UHGV virus genome: UHGV-0214148 | Strand: one strand, 5' to 3' | DNA from: a virus | Length of the DNA stretch: 64,000 nt | In this document: positions 37,667 through 47,027 of the stretch, piece after piece | Layout of the letters: each line of letters opens with the position of its first letter | Position numbering within the stretch: position 1 is the first letter of the stretch | The notes under the pieces: generated by a model | What the model was told of the DNA's origin: nothing | Seen by the model: the letters and a program-made list of their open reading frames with translations, nothing else | Database searches by the model: none | Position numbers and translations under genes: made by a program

Positions 37667-38593
37667 TTAATTGTGGGGTACGTAGCCACGGACAAATGTA
37701 GGTGGAATCCAACAAAGTTTTCTCTTTCTTTCACCATTTCTAGGGCCGACCCAATATCTGCGCCAGTGTGCGCGACGGATGTGGGCAGCCTTAGCATGTT
37801 TGATACCTTGCATGGTTTTCAAGTCAGTGTTAAACCCTTTTAGATAATTCACTTGTCCTGGCGTGATATCTATCTTAACATCGCGTTCACGAGGTTTAAC
37901 GTCGTAACTAATACTACCGTTCTTTTTGATTTCCTTGAACTTAATATCATTAAAAGACTCCCTGTAATTGGGCGGGATTAGCGTACACAGAAATATCATC
38001 GAAGTAGCGGCTTTGGCCAGAGATAACCATAGCATCTTTTCTTGTTCGGTCCGTACGCCAGTTGTATAATCGATTTCAACAAGCCCGTTTCCAACACTAC
38101 ATATCTCTAACGAGCAGGTGGCGATTGTGGTAACGCCTTCTGTTAACCCGTAATCAGTATTTGTAGCGATTATAATAAACCTTCTTTTCCCATTTTTTCG
38201 ATAGCCGAGAAAGAAAGTCTCATCCTCTTTACCTACGTCGATTGCTACAGTCCATGTGGGTATAAAGTCCAACCATTCTTCAGGGAATTTACTGGGCATC
38301 TCAGTCTCGAAAACAAGTTCTCTAAGTGCTTGGTTGGATATTAAGGAAGCACCACCGTATAGCCATCCAATTGCCAATGTTTGAGCGTGAAGGGAACGGG
38401 GATCTTTGAGACCTAACTCAGCGTCGTAAGGTATAAAGGCATTGGTTAAATGGTTACGATTCTTTTTTATCCATTTCGAGACAGGATTTTCCTTTATTCG
38501 GTTTTCTTCCATGACATTTTCAAGATGCTGAGACCCCATTTGTCTAAGGCAGTCTTTAATACCTTTTACTTTTTTACTTTTGTACAAATACAT
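37667..38593 (-). CDS. hypothetical protein, paralog of 36742..37641
   Basis: 308-aa ORF; shared internal blocks (LGLGWQYAA / LAIGWLYGG) and C-terminal AAHIRRAHW motif. Confidence 0.6.
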   Translation of the reverse strand: MYLYKSKKVKGIKDCLRQMGSQHLENVMEENRIKENPVSKWIKKNRNHLTNAFIPYDAELGLKDPRSLHAQTLAIGWLYGGASLISNQALRELVFETEMPSKFPEEWLDFIPTWTVAIDVGKEDETFFLGYRKNGKRRFIIIATNTDYGLTEGVTTIATCSLEICSVGNGLVEIDYTTGVRTEQEKMLWLSLAKAATSMIFLCTLIPPNYRESFNDIKFKEIKKNGSISYDVKPRERDVKIDITPGQVNYLKGFNTDLKTMQGIKHAKAAHIRRAHWRRYWVGPRNGERKRKLCWIPPTFVRGYVPHN

Positions 38594-38627
38594 GGTTTAT
38601 TCTCCTAAAATGGTTAAAAACAAAGTA

Positions 38628-38647
38628 ACCCTAGCCGAAGCTAGGGT
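38628..38647 (-). terminator. stem-loop terminator (ACCCTAGC / GCTAGGGT)
   Basis: 8-bp stem, CGAA loop, A-rich plus-side flank. Confidence 0.5.
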
Positions 38648-38652
38648 GTCTA

Positions 38653-39141
38653 TTAGTCGATTTTGACGTAATCAGGATAATTAGCTTTTAGCCACTCCCA
38701 TAGTTGCAGAGCAAGTTGGTTTTCGTTACGCTTGATGATTTCTACGATTTCGTTCAAGAGAGAGTCTTCAACCCAAATCCGGGTATAAAATTTTTCCCAT
38801 TCCGGTTCTGTATAAGGGACTAGCGGAGTAGGGAATCGACCCATGTGGTACGCATCAGAAACTTTCTTTAAGAACTCGTTGCGACCATGGCGTAGACGTT
38901 GCCGAACGTCTGTTTCTGTCATGCGCTTGCTTGATGGATCGAAGAAGTCAAGTATGATAAATATGTATCCAAATAAGCTCTGAGAAGAAAAGTAGGACGC
39001 GGCGTAGTCCGCCATCCAGGGAGTGTCTACAACCAACGGAGTCAACTTTTCTTCAATTTCTTTTCTTACACGTGTTCCGTTATTGAGAAATTCATGTACG
39101 AAATCGGTGTCACGAATATCGAAGTTATGATTTAAGTTCAT
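38653..39141 (-). CDS. hypothetical protein
   Basis: 162-aa ORF. Confidence 0.55.
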   Translation of the reverse strand: MNLNHNFDIRDTDFVHEFLNNGTRVRKEIEEKLTPLVVDTPWMADYAASYFSSQSLFGYIFIILDFFDPSSKRMTETDVRQRLRHGRNEFLKKVSDAYHMGRFPTPLVPYTEPEWEKFYTRIWVEDSLLNEIVEIIKRNENQLALQLWEWLKANYPDYVKID

Positions 39142-39142
39142 T

Positions 39143-39667
39143 TTATTGTCCTAAAATTGGGGAGAGTTTGTCTGCGGTGTTTAACAACGCTTTTGTAATT
39201 TCGTGGTTGGTCTCTTTTAGGATGACGCAGCAGAGAGTGGTATAAACCTCGATTGCTAACGTGATTTCTTGTTCAGTCAGACACGGTTCGGTACCGCCAA
39301 CCCCATAACGTTGCGCCGCATACTCAATTTCAAGTTTCAAACGTTTTCGTAGTGCCTCGTCATCAGTTAAACGCGTACACGCCCGATCGAAACGTCTATT
39401 GTAAGCCTCGATCTTGTGGACAATTTCGCGTCGCAGTTGGTCGACATTTACGTTATCATCAAGAGTGATGGTGACGTTGTCAACTAAACAGTAATGCACT
39501 GTGTGTCGTAAGTTGTGCAATGTGGCGACAGTAACGACCCGCTCCTGATGGTCGCTAAAGCCGTGAGCACCACAGAGCTTGCGTGCAACTGCGCCGGAGA
39601 TTTTCTCCTCTAGCGCTATCGGTGTGGCAATGGTTGTTTTCTTACGAAGCTGAATTAAAATATCCAC
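39143..39667 (-). CDS. hypothetical protein
   Basis: 174-aa ORF, coupled. Confidence 0.55.
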   Translation of the reverse strand: MDILIQLRKKTTIATPIALEEKISGAVARKLCGAHGFSDHQERVVTVATLHNLRHTVHYCLVDNVTITLDDNVNVDQLRREIVHKIEAYNRRFDRACTRLTDDEALRKRLKLEIEYAAQRYGVGGTEPCLTEQEITLAIEVYTTLCCVILKETNHEITKALLNTADKLSPILGQ

Positions 39668-39669
39668 GA

Positions 39670-40212
39670 TTATACTCCTTTAGGTTGACCGTATTTTGAT
39701 GACAGGTAGATGAGCTCAGCATGGCAGATTTTCTCAACTAACCCGAGTGTCTCAAGGAAAATATCCCGGATACGGGACATTGTTTCGTTGGTAAGAATAT
39801 CGCTCCAACACGTTGTGTCTATTATATCCGTCGTTGAAGATTGTCGCTGCAGTATGGCGACATACACTTCGTCGAGGGTATCTGGAGCATTATTCTGTAA
39901 GTAATGCGCGGCATGTAGAAAGGCTTTCTCAAGAATCAGGTGAATATCCGTATCGGGATCAGTTACCCGCACCAAATGTGGGTATGTCATGGCCGAATGG
40001 ATTTTTCGCTCTAACTGTTCAATGAGATTATTCACCATCGCTTCTGAATCCAGGATAGTAATTTCGACCCCACTGTGTTCTTCAGAAATCTTGTTCTCAT
40101 GTACTGCTATCGCGTCGTGCAGTTCAAACGCAACGCGGCTACGCATCCCACTTAACAGTTTGTTTAATTTGCCCCGTGACTCGCTGAGTGAGAAATCGAT
40201 AAGTATTTTCAT
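39670..40212 (-). CDS. hypothetical protein
   Basis: 180-aa ORF, coupled. Confidence 0.55.
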   Translation of the reverse strand: MKILIDFSLSESRGKLNKLLSGMRSRVAFELHDAIAVHENKISEEHSGVEITILDSEAMVNNLIEQLERKIHSAMTYPHLVRVTDPDTDIHLILEKAFLHAAHYLQNNAPDTLDEVYVAILQRQSSTTDIIDTTCWSDILTNETMSRIRDIFLETLGLVEKICHAELIYLSSKYGQPKGV

Positions 40213-40213
40213 G

Positions 40214-40951
40214 TTAATAGCCCTGATAAATGATGTCGTCGCGGTCTTTACGTAACTGGCAGTATGTTACGTCAGCACCGTTAGGGATTTGTACGCCAGC
40301 GTCTTCAAGATAAATAACACCAGTCTGATTACAGAAATAAAAAGACCACAAGTACGGATTGCCTTGACAACTGTTTTCACGATGATCGAAGGGCCAATAG
40401 CCTCGATACAATTCGTCGTAATCACCGCGCTCGATACCAAAAGCAATCATTTCTTTTTCCCACAATCTGCTTTCGGCGTCGTAAATCGAAAACCAGAAAC
40501 CGACGAGGTTCTTTGTCCGTTTAACGTTCATTAAGTCGTTATAAATGGGGTAGAGTGCTTTATTGAAACTTTCTAACAACTCTGGAGAGAGTAGAAAGTT
40601 CACGTAGTATTCTAGCCATTGATAAACGGCTTCCCAGACATCTTCAGAAGAGAAATGCTCGAATACGGCGTCATCACAATCGTAGTTATCGAAGACCCCT
40701 GAGAGATCTATTATGACGTCGCGAAGGTCAAAGTTTCGGTTGGTATTGACAGCCTCAATAACTTCGGAGATAAGGCGAGTAAAGACGTTTGTGCAGGCAG
40801 TCTGTGCGGTATAAAAGAATTCTCCTTGTACGGTTGACCACTTCGGGTCCTTCAAATGTTCATTGAAGTATTGTGGCCAAATTTTATAAAAGATTCCCTC
40901 GAACAACGAGGGGTTGATACGTTGTAATTGAGGGACATAAACTTTTAGCAT
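40214..40951 (-). CDS. hypothetical protein
   Basis: 245-aa ORF; GGAG SD; AT-rich motif just upstream. Confidence 0.55.
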   Translation of the reverse strand: MLKVYVPQLQRINPSLFEGIFYKIWPQYFNEHLKDPKWSTVQGEFFYTAQTACTNVFTRLISEVIEAVNTNRNFDLRDVIIDLSGVFDNYDCDDAVFEHFSSEDVWEAVYQWLEYYVNFLLSPELLESFNKALYPIYNDLMNVKRTKNLVGFWFSIYDAESRLWEKEMIAFGIERGDYDELYRGYWPFDHRENSCQGNPYLWSFYFCNQTGVIYLEDAGVQIPNGADVTYCQLRKDRDDIIYQGY

Positions 40952-40973
40952 TTTAATAACTCCAATGGTGTTA

Positions 40974-40999
40974 CACCTGGATAATATCTATCTAAGAAT
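40974..40999. promoter_or_regulatory. AT-rich promoter-like motif CACCTGGATAATATCTATCTAAGAAT
   Basis: Related to the 616/59101/63484 copies; upstream of gene 40214..40951, overlapping the stop of 40988..41656. Confidence 0.35.
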
Positions 41000-41656
41000 A
41001 TTTTTAGCGAAAAAAGGATCGACTATAAACTCCTTCACCTGTGAGTCATAACCCGAATGTATTTGATCGCTACTGAGCAAATACCCGTCTAAATCGTGTG
41101 GAAGAATCCAAGAATCCCCCTGTTTAAAAATACCATAATCTGTTGTTCCAGAGGAAAAAACGATTTCCTCTGGAGAGGAATAGATGTGGCGTAAGGCAAG
41201 ATCGGACGGCTTTAACACGATTAATCGAACGGGATGTTGACTGACTGCCTCTTTAATAAACTGTTCACGATTAAAGCAAATTATTTTTTCGGGGTAAGTT
41301 TCGAATTCAGCCCATGTCCGCCTGATAACTAATTTGGAAATCTTTCTCAATTCTTCAGAATGCTCTGCGTAGCCGATACACTCCTTGCGTACTTCATGAT
41401 TTTCTACCGATGCTGCGAATTTTTGGAATAGGTGTTGTTGGAAAAAGCCGTTCTCCGGGATATCACAACCTGCGTTGTATAGTGCAATGATCTCCCACAA
41501 CAACGAAAGAGAAAACACAAATGCTAACTTTTCCACCACTTCCCAATCTTCGGAGTAAGGGGCTTTAAAGCCCCAATACTGCCGTGCGTTATACATAAAG
41601 TGAGTTTGTAAAAACCGAGGGGCTTTTGACAAGACCTCACTATAAACGATCAGCAT
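40988..41656 (-). CDS. hypothetical protein
   Basis: 222-aa ORF. Confidence 0.55.
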   Translation of the reverse strand: MLIVYSEVLSKAPRFLQTHFMYNARQYWGFKAPYSEDWEVVEKLAFVFSLSLLWEIIALYNAGCDIPENGFFQQHLFQKFAASVENHEVRKECIGYAEHSEELRKISKLVIRRTWAEFETYPEKIICFNREQFIKEAVSQHPVRLIVLKPSDLALRHIYSSPEEIVFSSGTTDYGIFKQGDSWILPHDLDGYLLSSDQIHSGYDSQVKEFIVDPFFAKNILR

Positions 41657-43170
41657 TCAAGCTCCTTATCCGTCAATATTCGTTTGTTTGAATAATAGCC
41701 GCACCACAACCCATGATATTTTTCCCCGATATAAACCAACGCATATTCGATATACTGCCGTTCTGGACGCCGTACCGCCACGTAGAATCGTCCTTCTGGT
41801 TCTTTCATACGGTTGATTTCCGTACGCGTCGGTATGTCGATACCTCGAGTAAGGATAGTTTTAACCTTGTTTTTGCTACCAGGGATATGGATGGTTACGT
41901 CAAAACCTTTATCTACGTTACGATAAAAGTCTTTCTTCGGCTTACCTTTCTCATCGTAAAGCAGGTCAGTAATGTCGTTCATTACGACTGAGTTTTTCCC
42001 CTCCATGGCATCGCGTAACCAACCTGCAAGCTCATCACGAATCGTAATGCAGCGATAAGACAATAACGCGGGACGAAGAATTCGTGTAATCGAAAGATCT
42101 TCAAACATCCACAGGTTTTTGTCTTCGCTAAAATGCATCCGATCGATAGGAATACCGTTAGCTGCGGCTTCTGCGAACTTTTTACGCTTTACGAATAAGT
42201 TAAATACAACGGCGATGGGATCAAATTGACGTAAACGGGGCACCCCTTCCCACGCTTTCGCAGAGTGGGTATTTACTAACTCGTATACGTTATCCCACGG
42301 TTCTTTGGTAAACATTACGCAGAATTGTGCGTCTGGAATGTACTTACCAACGAAGACGATATCGTCCTTCTGTTTTGCATGGTTCCCACCGAACATGTAA
42401 TAAAGTTTATTACCGTTAACCGTAACCGTGGGATGGGGTTCGTTCACCATCGGGTAACAGAACTTCGTAACACAGATATCGGGAAAGGCAGACAAATTGA
42501 CACCTTCACCAACAACTTCTGGTTGCTGATCTTCCTCAGGCATCTCGTCTTTTGACCAATACGGTGTATAGTCTAGCCCATCGCCTCGTGCCGAGATACT
42601 TGAACCCTTCCGTGCTAACTCGTCGGCACGTTCGTTTCCATAGCGTCCTGAGTGCCCTTTAATTTTAAGGACACGAACACCTTTCCCTTCTTTCTTTAAC
42701 CGCTGTTTAACCTCCCACATCCGTTGGATTAATTCCAAGTTCGCAATAGGCGTACCGTCAGCACGACGCCAACCGCGTGCAGCCCAACCATCAATCCAAT
42801 CGTTATACGTGTTGACAACGTAAGATGCGTCGATATAGATAACATAGTTTTTGGCAACGAAAGGTGCGTGTTCGAAAACGGTCAGGAGAGCCACGAGTTC
42901 TGCAACGTCGGAGTGTGACATTTTTGGTACAGGCACAACACCGTCAATAAACTCCACGGTTTCAGGTAAAGGTGGAAGTTTTTCATCCTTGTTTATCTGG
43001 CGGTATCCTGACGTCGTAATCCCCTCGGGAATAGAGGGATGGCGATAAACCCGACCATCCTCAATCGCTTCACGATTAAATAAGTATCCATGAATCCCCG
43101 CTCCTGTACCGAGCGGGGAGGTCAAATGGCTACCATCCGTGTAAATTACTGCAACATCAACGTTCTTCAT
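41650..43170 (-). CDS. RNase H (RNase HI-type) domain protein with about 300-aa C-terminal extension
   Basis: 506-aa ORF; VAVIYTDGS ... YVIYIDASYVVN ... KGHSGRYGNERADELARKG match RNase HI catalytic motifs. Confidence 0.8.
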   Translation of the reverse strand: MKNVDVAVIYTDGSHLTSPLGTGAGIHGYLFNREAIEDGRVYRHPSIPEGITTSGYRQINKDEKLPPLPETVEFIDGVVPVPKMSHSDVAELVALLTVFEHAPFVAKNYVIYIDASYVVNTYNDWIDGWAARGWRRADGTPIANLELIQRMWEVKQRLKKEGKGVRVLKIKGHSGRYGNERADELARKGSSISARGDGLDYTPYWSKDEMPEEDQQPEVVGEGVNLSAFPDICVTKFCYPMVNEPHPTVTVNGNKLYYMFGGNHAKQKDDIVFVGKYIPDAQFCVMFTKEPWDNVYELVNTHSAKAWEGVPRLRQFDPIAVVFNLFVKRKKFAEAAANGIPIDRMHFSEDKNLWMFEDLSITRILRPALLSYRCITIRDELAGWLRDAMEGKNSVVMNDITDLLYDEKGKPKKDFYRNVDKGFDVTIHIPGSKNKVKTILTRGIDIPTRTEINRMKEPEGRFYVAVRRPERQYIEYALVYIGEKYHGLWCGYYSNKRILTDKELEC

Positions 43171-43172
43171 TC

Positions 43173-43907
43173 TTAATCCCTGGTTAATTGATCACGAATC
43201 TGCGGCGCAACATACTCGCCCGTTTTCAGTTCTTCGTGACAGGCTTTGGCGCGTTCAAACCCGTATTGGCGAGTGACCAAAGCGAGGTGGTAAATACGTG
43301 CCGTGGTGTAGGCTTCTTTTGCTGCATCCCACATTGCATGGTGCTCAAAAGCGGGCTTACCGCGTGTCCAGTAAATTTGCTCTACGGTTAGGTCAGGCTC
43401 GAACCCAAATGCAAAGGCTAAACGTTCTGCGGTACGATCGCTATCCAGTGCACTGAATTTACGGAACTTCCCTGGCGGAATATCACATTGTGCGAATGCG
43501 TTCATGAAAATCGGCGCATCGAAGTCAGGACCACGCATGGTAATAACAAACTCGTGTTTTGCGGTGATCTCCCCGAGCCATTTTTGCATCGCCCACAGCG
43601 CGTCTGGCAATGCTGTTGTCCCACCCCATGCCTCCGCATAAGCTTCACGAGACGGTGCGTATTCGGGTTCGCCTTTACCTTCCCACCAACCGACGGTTTG
43701 TGGGTCTTCGTGGAAAATGGCTTTTGCTTTAGGATCGTTAGGATCGATCCTGATGTATGAGGAACCGACCATTTTCAATGTAGGGACGTCAAAAGCCACT
43801 AAACCCGCACTTAACAGATAAGCATCGGGACGTAATGATTTGGTTTCAGCATCAGCGCCAATAACCAGCGTCGGAGTGTACGGGGTGACAATTTTTGGGT
43901 AGGTCAT
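43173..43907 (-). CDS. DEDDh-type 3'-5' exonuclease
   Basis: 244-aa ORF; LVIGADAETKS (Exo I D-x-E) and FEHHAMWDAAKEAY (Exo III H-x4-D). Confidence 0.65.
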   Translation of the reverse strand: MTYPKIVTPYTPTLVIGADAETKSLRPDAYLLSAGLVAFDVPTLKMVGSSYIRIDPNDPKAKAIFHEDPQTVGWWEGKGEPEYAPSREAYAEAWGGTTALPDALWAMQKWLGEITAKHEFVITMRGPDFDAPIFMNAFAQCDIPPGKFRKFSALDSDRTAERLAFAFGFEPDLTVEQIYWTRGKPAFEHHAMWDAAKEAYTTARIYHLALVTRQYGFERAKACHEELKTGEYVAPQIRDQLTRD

Positions 43908-43962
43908 GTTGAATTCTCCTGTTAGTCTACATTAAAATAGTTACAAACGTTAAAAAGAAAGA

Positions 43963-43993
43963 CCCTCCTGTACCACGAATGGGTACAGGAGGG
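43963..43993 (-). terminator. stem-loop terminator (CCCTCCTGTACC / GGTACAGGAGGG)
   Basis: 12-bp stem; A-rich plus-side flank; immediately downstream of gene 43998..44456. Confidence 0.55.
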
Positions 43994-43997
43994 GGTG

Positions 43998-44456
43998 TCA
44001 GTACAAACACGATGTCAAGTATTGGTTGTACGAATCGAGTAGTGTCTGACGGTCGGAACGGTAATTCCACAACAAATTATTGAGTTTACGCGATAGGTCA
44101 CGGCTAATCTCCTGGGGCGTTAAAGAGCTTTCGTCAAGAGATAAGCGTTCAGGTACAACATGTAACTTCGGTAACTCATAACGCTCACAAAGTGGAGCCA
44201 GCATTGGTGGGCTCCAGCCACGTTTAACGGCTTGTTGGTTTAAATTTCGGGTGTAGACATAAACGTAGTAAGCATAGGTGTTGACATCCGCAACATACTC
44301 ACGCATTGCATTATTGTCAATTTTCCAATTCACCATTATCGGTGGTGTAGGAGGAAGTTCCAGTGGCCTATAAGCTGGACGTTTAACTTCGTCGCCGTAG
44401 CTATTACTCACCAACCCCATGAACACCATCATGATGAATAACAGCATTTTCATCAA
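43998..44456 (-). CDS. secreted Pro-rich protein (candidate outer spanin-like)
   Basis: 152-aa ORF; N-terminal signal-like peptide MMKMLLFIMMVFMGLVSNSYG then RPAYRPLELPPTPP; no lipobox Cys. Confidence 0.5.
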   Translation of the reverse strand: MMKMLLFIMMVFMGLVSNSYGDEVKRPAYRPLELPPTPPIMVNWKIDNNAMREYVADVNTYAYYVYVYTRNLNQQAVKRGWSPPMLAPLCERYELPKLHVVPERLSLDESSLTPQEISRDLSRKLNNLLWNYRSDRQTLLDSYNQYLTSCLY

Positions 44457-44960
44457 TCACTCCTTAGAAGACGTTAGCGTCTTTATGATCTCCTGTCGAA
44501 AGCTGTTCGCATTTAAATTGCCAACAGGTCTCGCCGAAGCCTCTTTACGTTGTTCTGGTGTTGAAGCTGGATTAACAGGAGTTTCTGGTTTTGTCGAAGA
44601 CAGATCCTTCGCCGTACCGCTCGCTTTCGATGAATTAAACGTGCTTTCATATGGCGGTTTCTGGCCGAGGCAAACGAAGAGCCTGTCGTATAACTTCCCA
44701 TTATCTTCTTTTAGTTTATCTCGATCTTGTTTCATCTCTTGGTAAGACTGCGACATATAAGTGTCATGAGACTGCACTGCAACGAGCGCGTGAAACTGTT
44801 GTACATAGGCGTAGGAGACGAAGCCAGAATACGACAACAAGATCGTGATGATTAAAGTCATTATCTTGCTTGCTCTTGATACGTTTTCTCCTTCTCCTGG
44901 TTTAAATGCTTCCATTAACATCTGAAGGAAGAACGGAAGCACTTTAAAAAATGAACCCAT
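44457..44960 (-). CDS. membrane protein with periplasmic coiled-coil (candidate inner spanin-like)
   Basis: 167-aa ORF; TM segment IMTLIITILLSYSGFVSYAYV then charged helix (EMKQDRDKLKEDNGKLYDRL); stop abuts the next start. Confidence 0.5.
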   Translation of the reverse strand: MGSFFKVLPFFLQMLMEAFKPGEGENVSRASKIMTLIITILLSYSGFVSYAYVQQFHALVAVQSHDTYMSQSYQEMKQDRDKLKEDNGKLYDRLFVCLGQKPPYESTFNSSKASGTAKDLSSTKPETPVNPASTPEQRKEASARPVGNLNANSFRQEIIKTLTSSKE

Positions 44961-44985
44961 TGCTCACCTCGGAGTATTTTTAATT

Positions 44986-46359
44986 ATGTTAGACTTACAA
45001 GGTTTTATTCAGATACCGGCACTGTTTGACAATCAGGACGGCGTCACCGCTCCGGTGGGCGAGCTGTCGGATTTGACACTCTCGTACGCGAAGAGTAAAC
45101 AGACGTTTACTAAAACCAATTTGCAAGTTCAATTGGTGACTTTTACGTCTAAACGAGAAAAACAGACGGTTGTTGTACCAGCCGAATTTTCTGATCATAT
45201 TCTAACCGTTTCTCAATGGATTTACCAGCAAGCCATCTTGGGGAATCTGAGAAATGACGAACTCGAATTCCAGCGCCTGTTATTAGGCCAATTCCAATCA
45301 ACCATTTCTGGTGTTCAGTCTGGTGCGATGATACAGACGAACAGTAACTGGTTCCCACGTTGGGTGAGCTGGAAATATGAAGTAACGGCAGATCAAGTAC
45401 AAGATGACACTGATGTAGATAATCAGATCATTGTTTGGTTCTCGGATGAAGACTTCGATCAAGATTACACAGGGTTCGAAATCGAAGTACAGATGCCGAT
45501 TTCACCAATCGACACATTTTTGTCGACCAAGTCAGTCGTTGAAAAGGCGATGGAAGGGTTTAACCTTACCGAACACCATAAGAAAATCAATGAGTTAATG
45601 GCAGGGTTTCCTTACACCGCTATCCAAACCAACTACTATACTTGGCACGATCAAGAAAACTACGAGTCTACCTTAGTTGTCCCCATGTCGGTTATTATCT
45701 ACGGACGTGCGGGAAAAAACCCAACGAAAATAAAGCAAGCGTTGCGTGAACATATTCTCGCTAATTCCAGCTTTACTGTCCCTATCGGGGTAAAAGTATT
45801 TCCCGAAATTTTCACTACCACGAAATTTACAATTGTCCCTGGATGGAAAATTCGTGGGATACCCAATGAGGAAGATGTGGCGGCGCTTTATTCCCCCATC
45901 CTTCCATATGATTTCTGGGTCAAAGCTATCAGTCGGTTTGGAGAATGGGCAGACCAGACGGTAGCAGAAAGAAATACTAAAACGATCAGTAAACCTACAA
46001 CAGACGTAACTGACTTACCAACAGTTTATAAATCATTAAACTGTGTTGTAATCAGTGGGCCGGAAAACGATACGCGGAAAGCGACCTTACACGAAACTAT
46101 CCCGGATTATGCGTTAATTGCGACGACTAACCCTGATATTGCGCGTATGTCGAAAACAACGACCGAATGGTTGGCGTTATTTTTCCAGGCACTTATTGCT
46201 GCGGAAGAATACCACCCGTATCAAACCAGCTTGGATATTGTAAAACTGGTCGATGAGGCTGACCCTGATAACTACTTCTGGGTGTTTGAATACGACAACG
46301 TAGAATATCGTATCCTGTCTCGGAAAGCGAAATGGTACACCGAGTTAGACGAGGAGTAA
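44986..46359 (+). CDS. hypothetical protein
   Basis: 457-aa plus-strand ORF, divergent from 44457..44960 across 25 bp. Confidence 0.6.
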   Translation: MLDLQGFIQIPALFDNQDGVTAPVGELSDLTLSYAKSKQTFTKTNLQVQLVTFTSKREKQTVVVPAEFSDHILTVSQWIYQQAILGNLRNDELEFQRLLLGQFQSTISGVQSGAMIQTNSNWFPRWVSWKYEVTADQVQDDTDVDNQIIVWFSDEDFDQDYTGFEIEVQMPISPIDTFLSTKSVVEKAMEGFNLTEHHKKINELMAGFPYTAIQTNYYTWHDQENYESTLVVPMSVIIYGRAGKNPTKIKQALREHILANSSFTVPIGVKVFPEIFTTTKFTIVPGWKIRGIPNEEDVAALYSPILPYDFWVKAISRFGEWADQTVAERNTKTISKPTTDVTDLPTVYKSLNCVVISGPENDTRKATLHETIPDYALIATTNPDIARMSKTTTEWLALFFQALIAAEEYHPYQTSLDIVKLVDEADPDNYFWVFEYDNVEYRILSRKAKWYTELDEE

Positions 46360-46362
46360 TGA

Positions 46363-46986
46363 ATGGCTACGCGTTTACCACTCCAGGTACCAGTCAACAC
46401 CACGGGACTGTTCAAAGTAAAAACACCATTTACTTTAGCCGAGACGGTCATTTATACGGTAGAAGCGTCACGTACCTTCCCAGATTTAGTACGTCAGAAT
46501 ATTGACGTTTATAACTCGTATTACCAGCCAGTAGGGCTAGGACGTGAAGAATATTTAGCAGATGCGAATGTTAGTGCGTCGATCCTGACATTTAAATCTC
46601 GGGACGGTCAAGTTGTATACATACCTGACACCTACCTGGAATCATACCCAGGTTTATCCGGGATCACGTATCAACGAAATGTGTTAGTGGTAGATTTGGC
46701 ACTGGTACCGGATTACGTGAAAGTGTCGTCTATAACAAAAGACGTTTCAGATATTCTCACGCATACACTAGGGATTGAGCCGAAAGTTGAAATCACAACG
46801 CTCGAGTATGAAGGGAAGGTAACGGAGGAACAACACTTGCAGATGGAAGCGGCACGAAAAAATAAAATTCGTGAATCTATTCCATTAGGTGAGAAAGTTG
46901 CTGCGTTGACAGAAGAGAACAAAAAATTAAAAGAGTTAAACAACCAAATGTTAGAGATTCTTAAAGCTAACGGGTTAGTTAACTAA
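46363..46986 (+). CDS. hypothetical protein
   Basis: 207-aa ORF, coupled to 44986..46359; followed by bidirectional terminator. Confidence 0.55.
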   Translation: MATRLPLQVPVNTTGLFKVKTPFTLAETVIYTVEASRTFPDLVRQNIDVYNSYYQPVGLGREEYLADANVSASILTFKSRDGQVVYIPDTYLESYPGLSGITYQRNVLVVDLALVPDYVKVSSITKDVSDILTHTLGIEPKVEITTLEYEGKVTEEQHLQMEAARKNKIRESIPLGEKVAALTEENKKLKELNNQMLEILKANGLVN

Positions 46987-46992
46987 AAAGAT

Positions 46993-47018
46993 TACCCTAC
47001 TCCTTCGGGAGTAGGGTA
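46993..47018. terminator. bidirectional terminator, CCCTACTCC/GGAGTAGGG stem family
   Basis: TACCCTACTCC / GGAGTAGGGTA stem, TTCG loop, A-run before and T-run after; between convergent genes. Confidence 0.65.
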
Positions 47019-47027
47019 GCTTTTATT

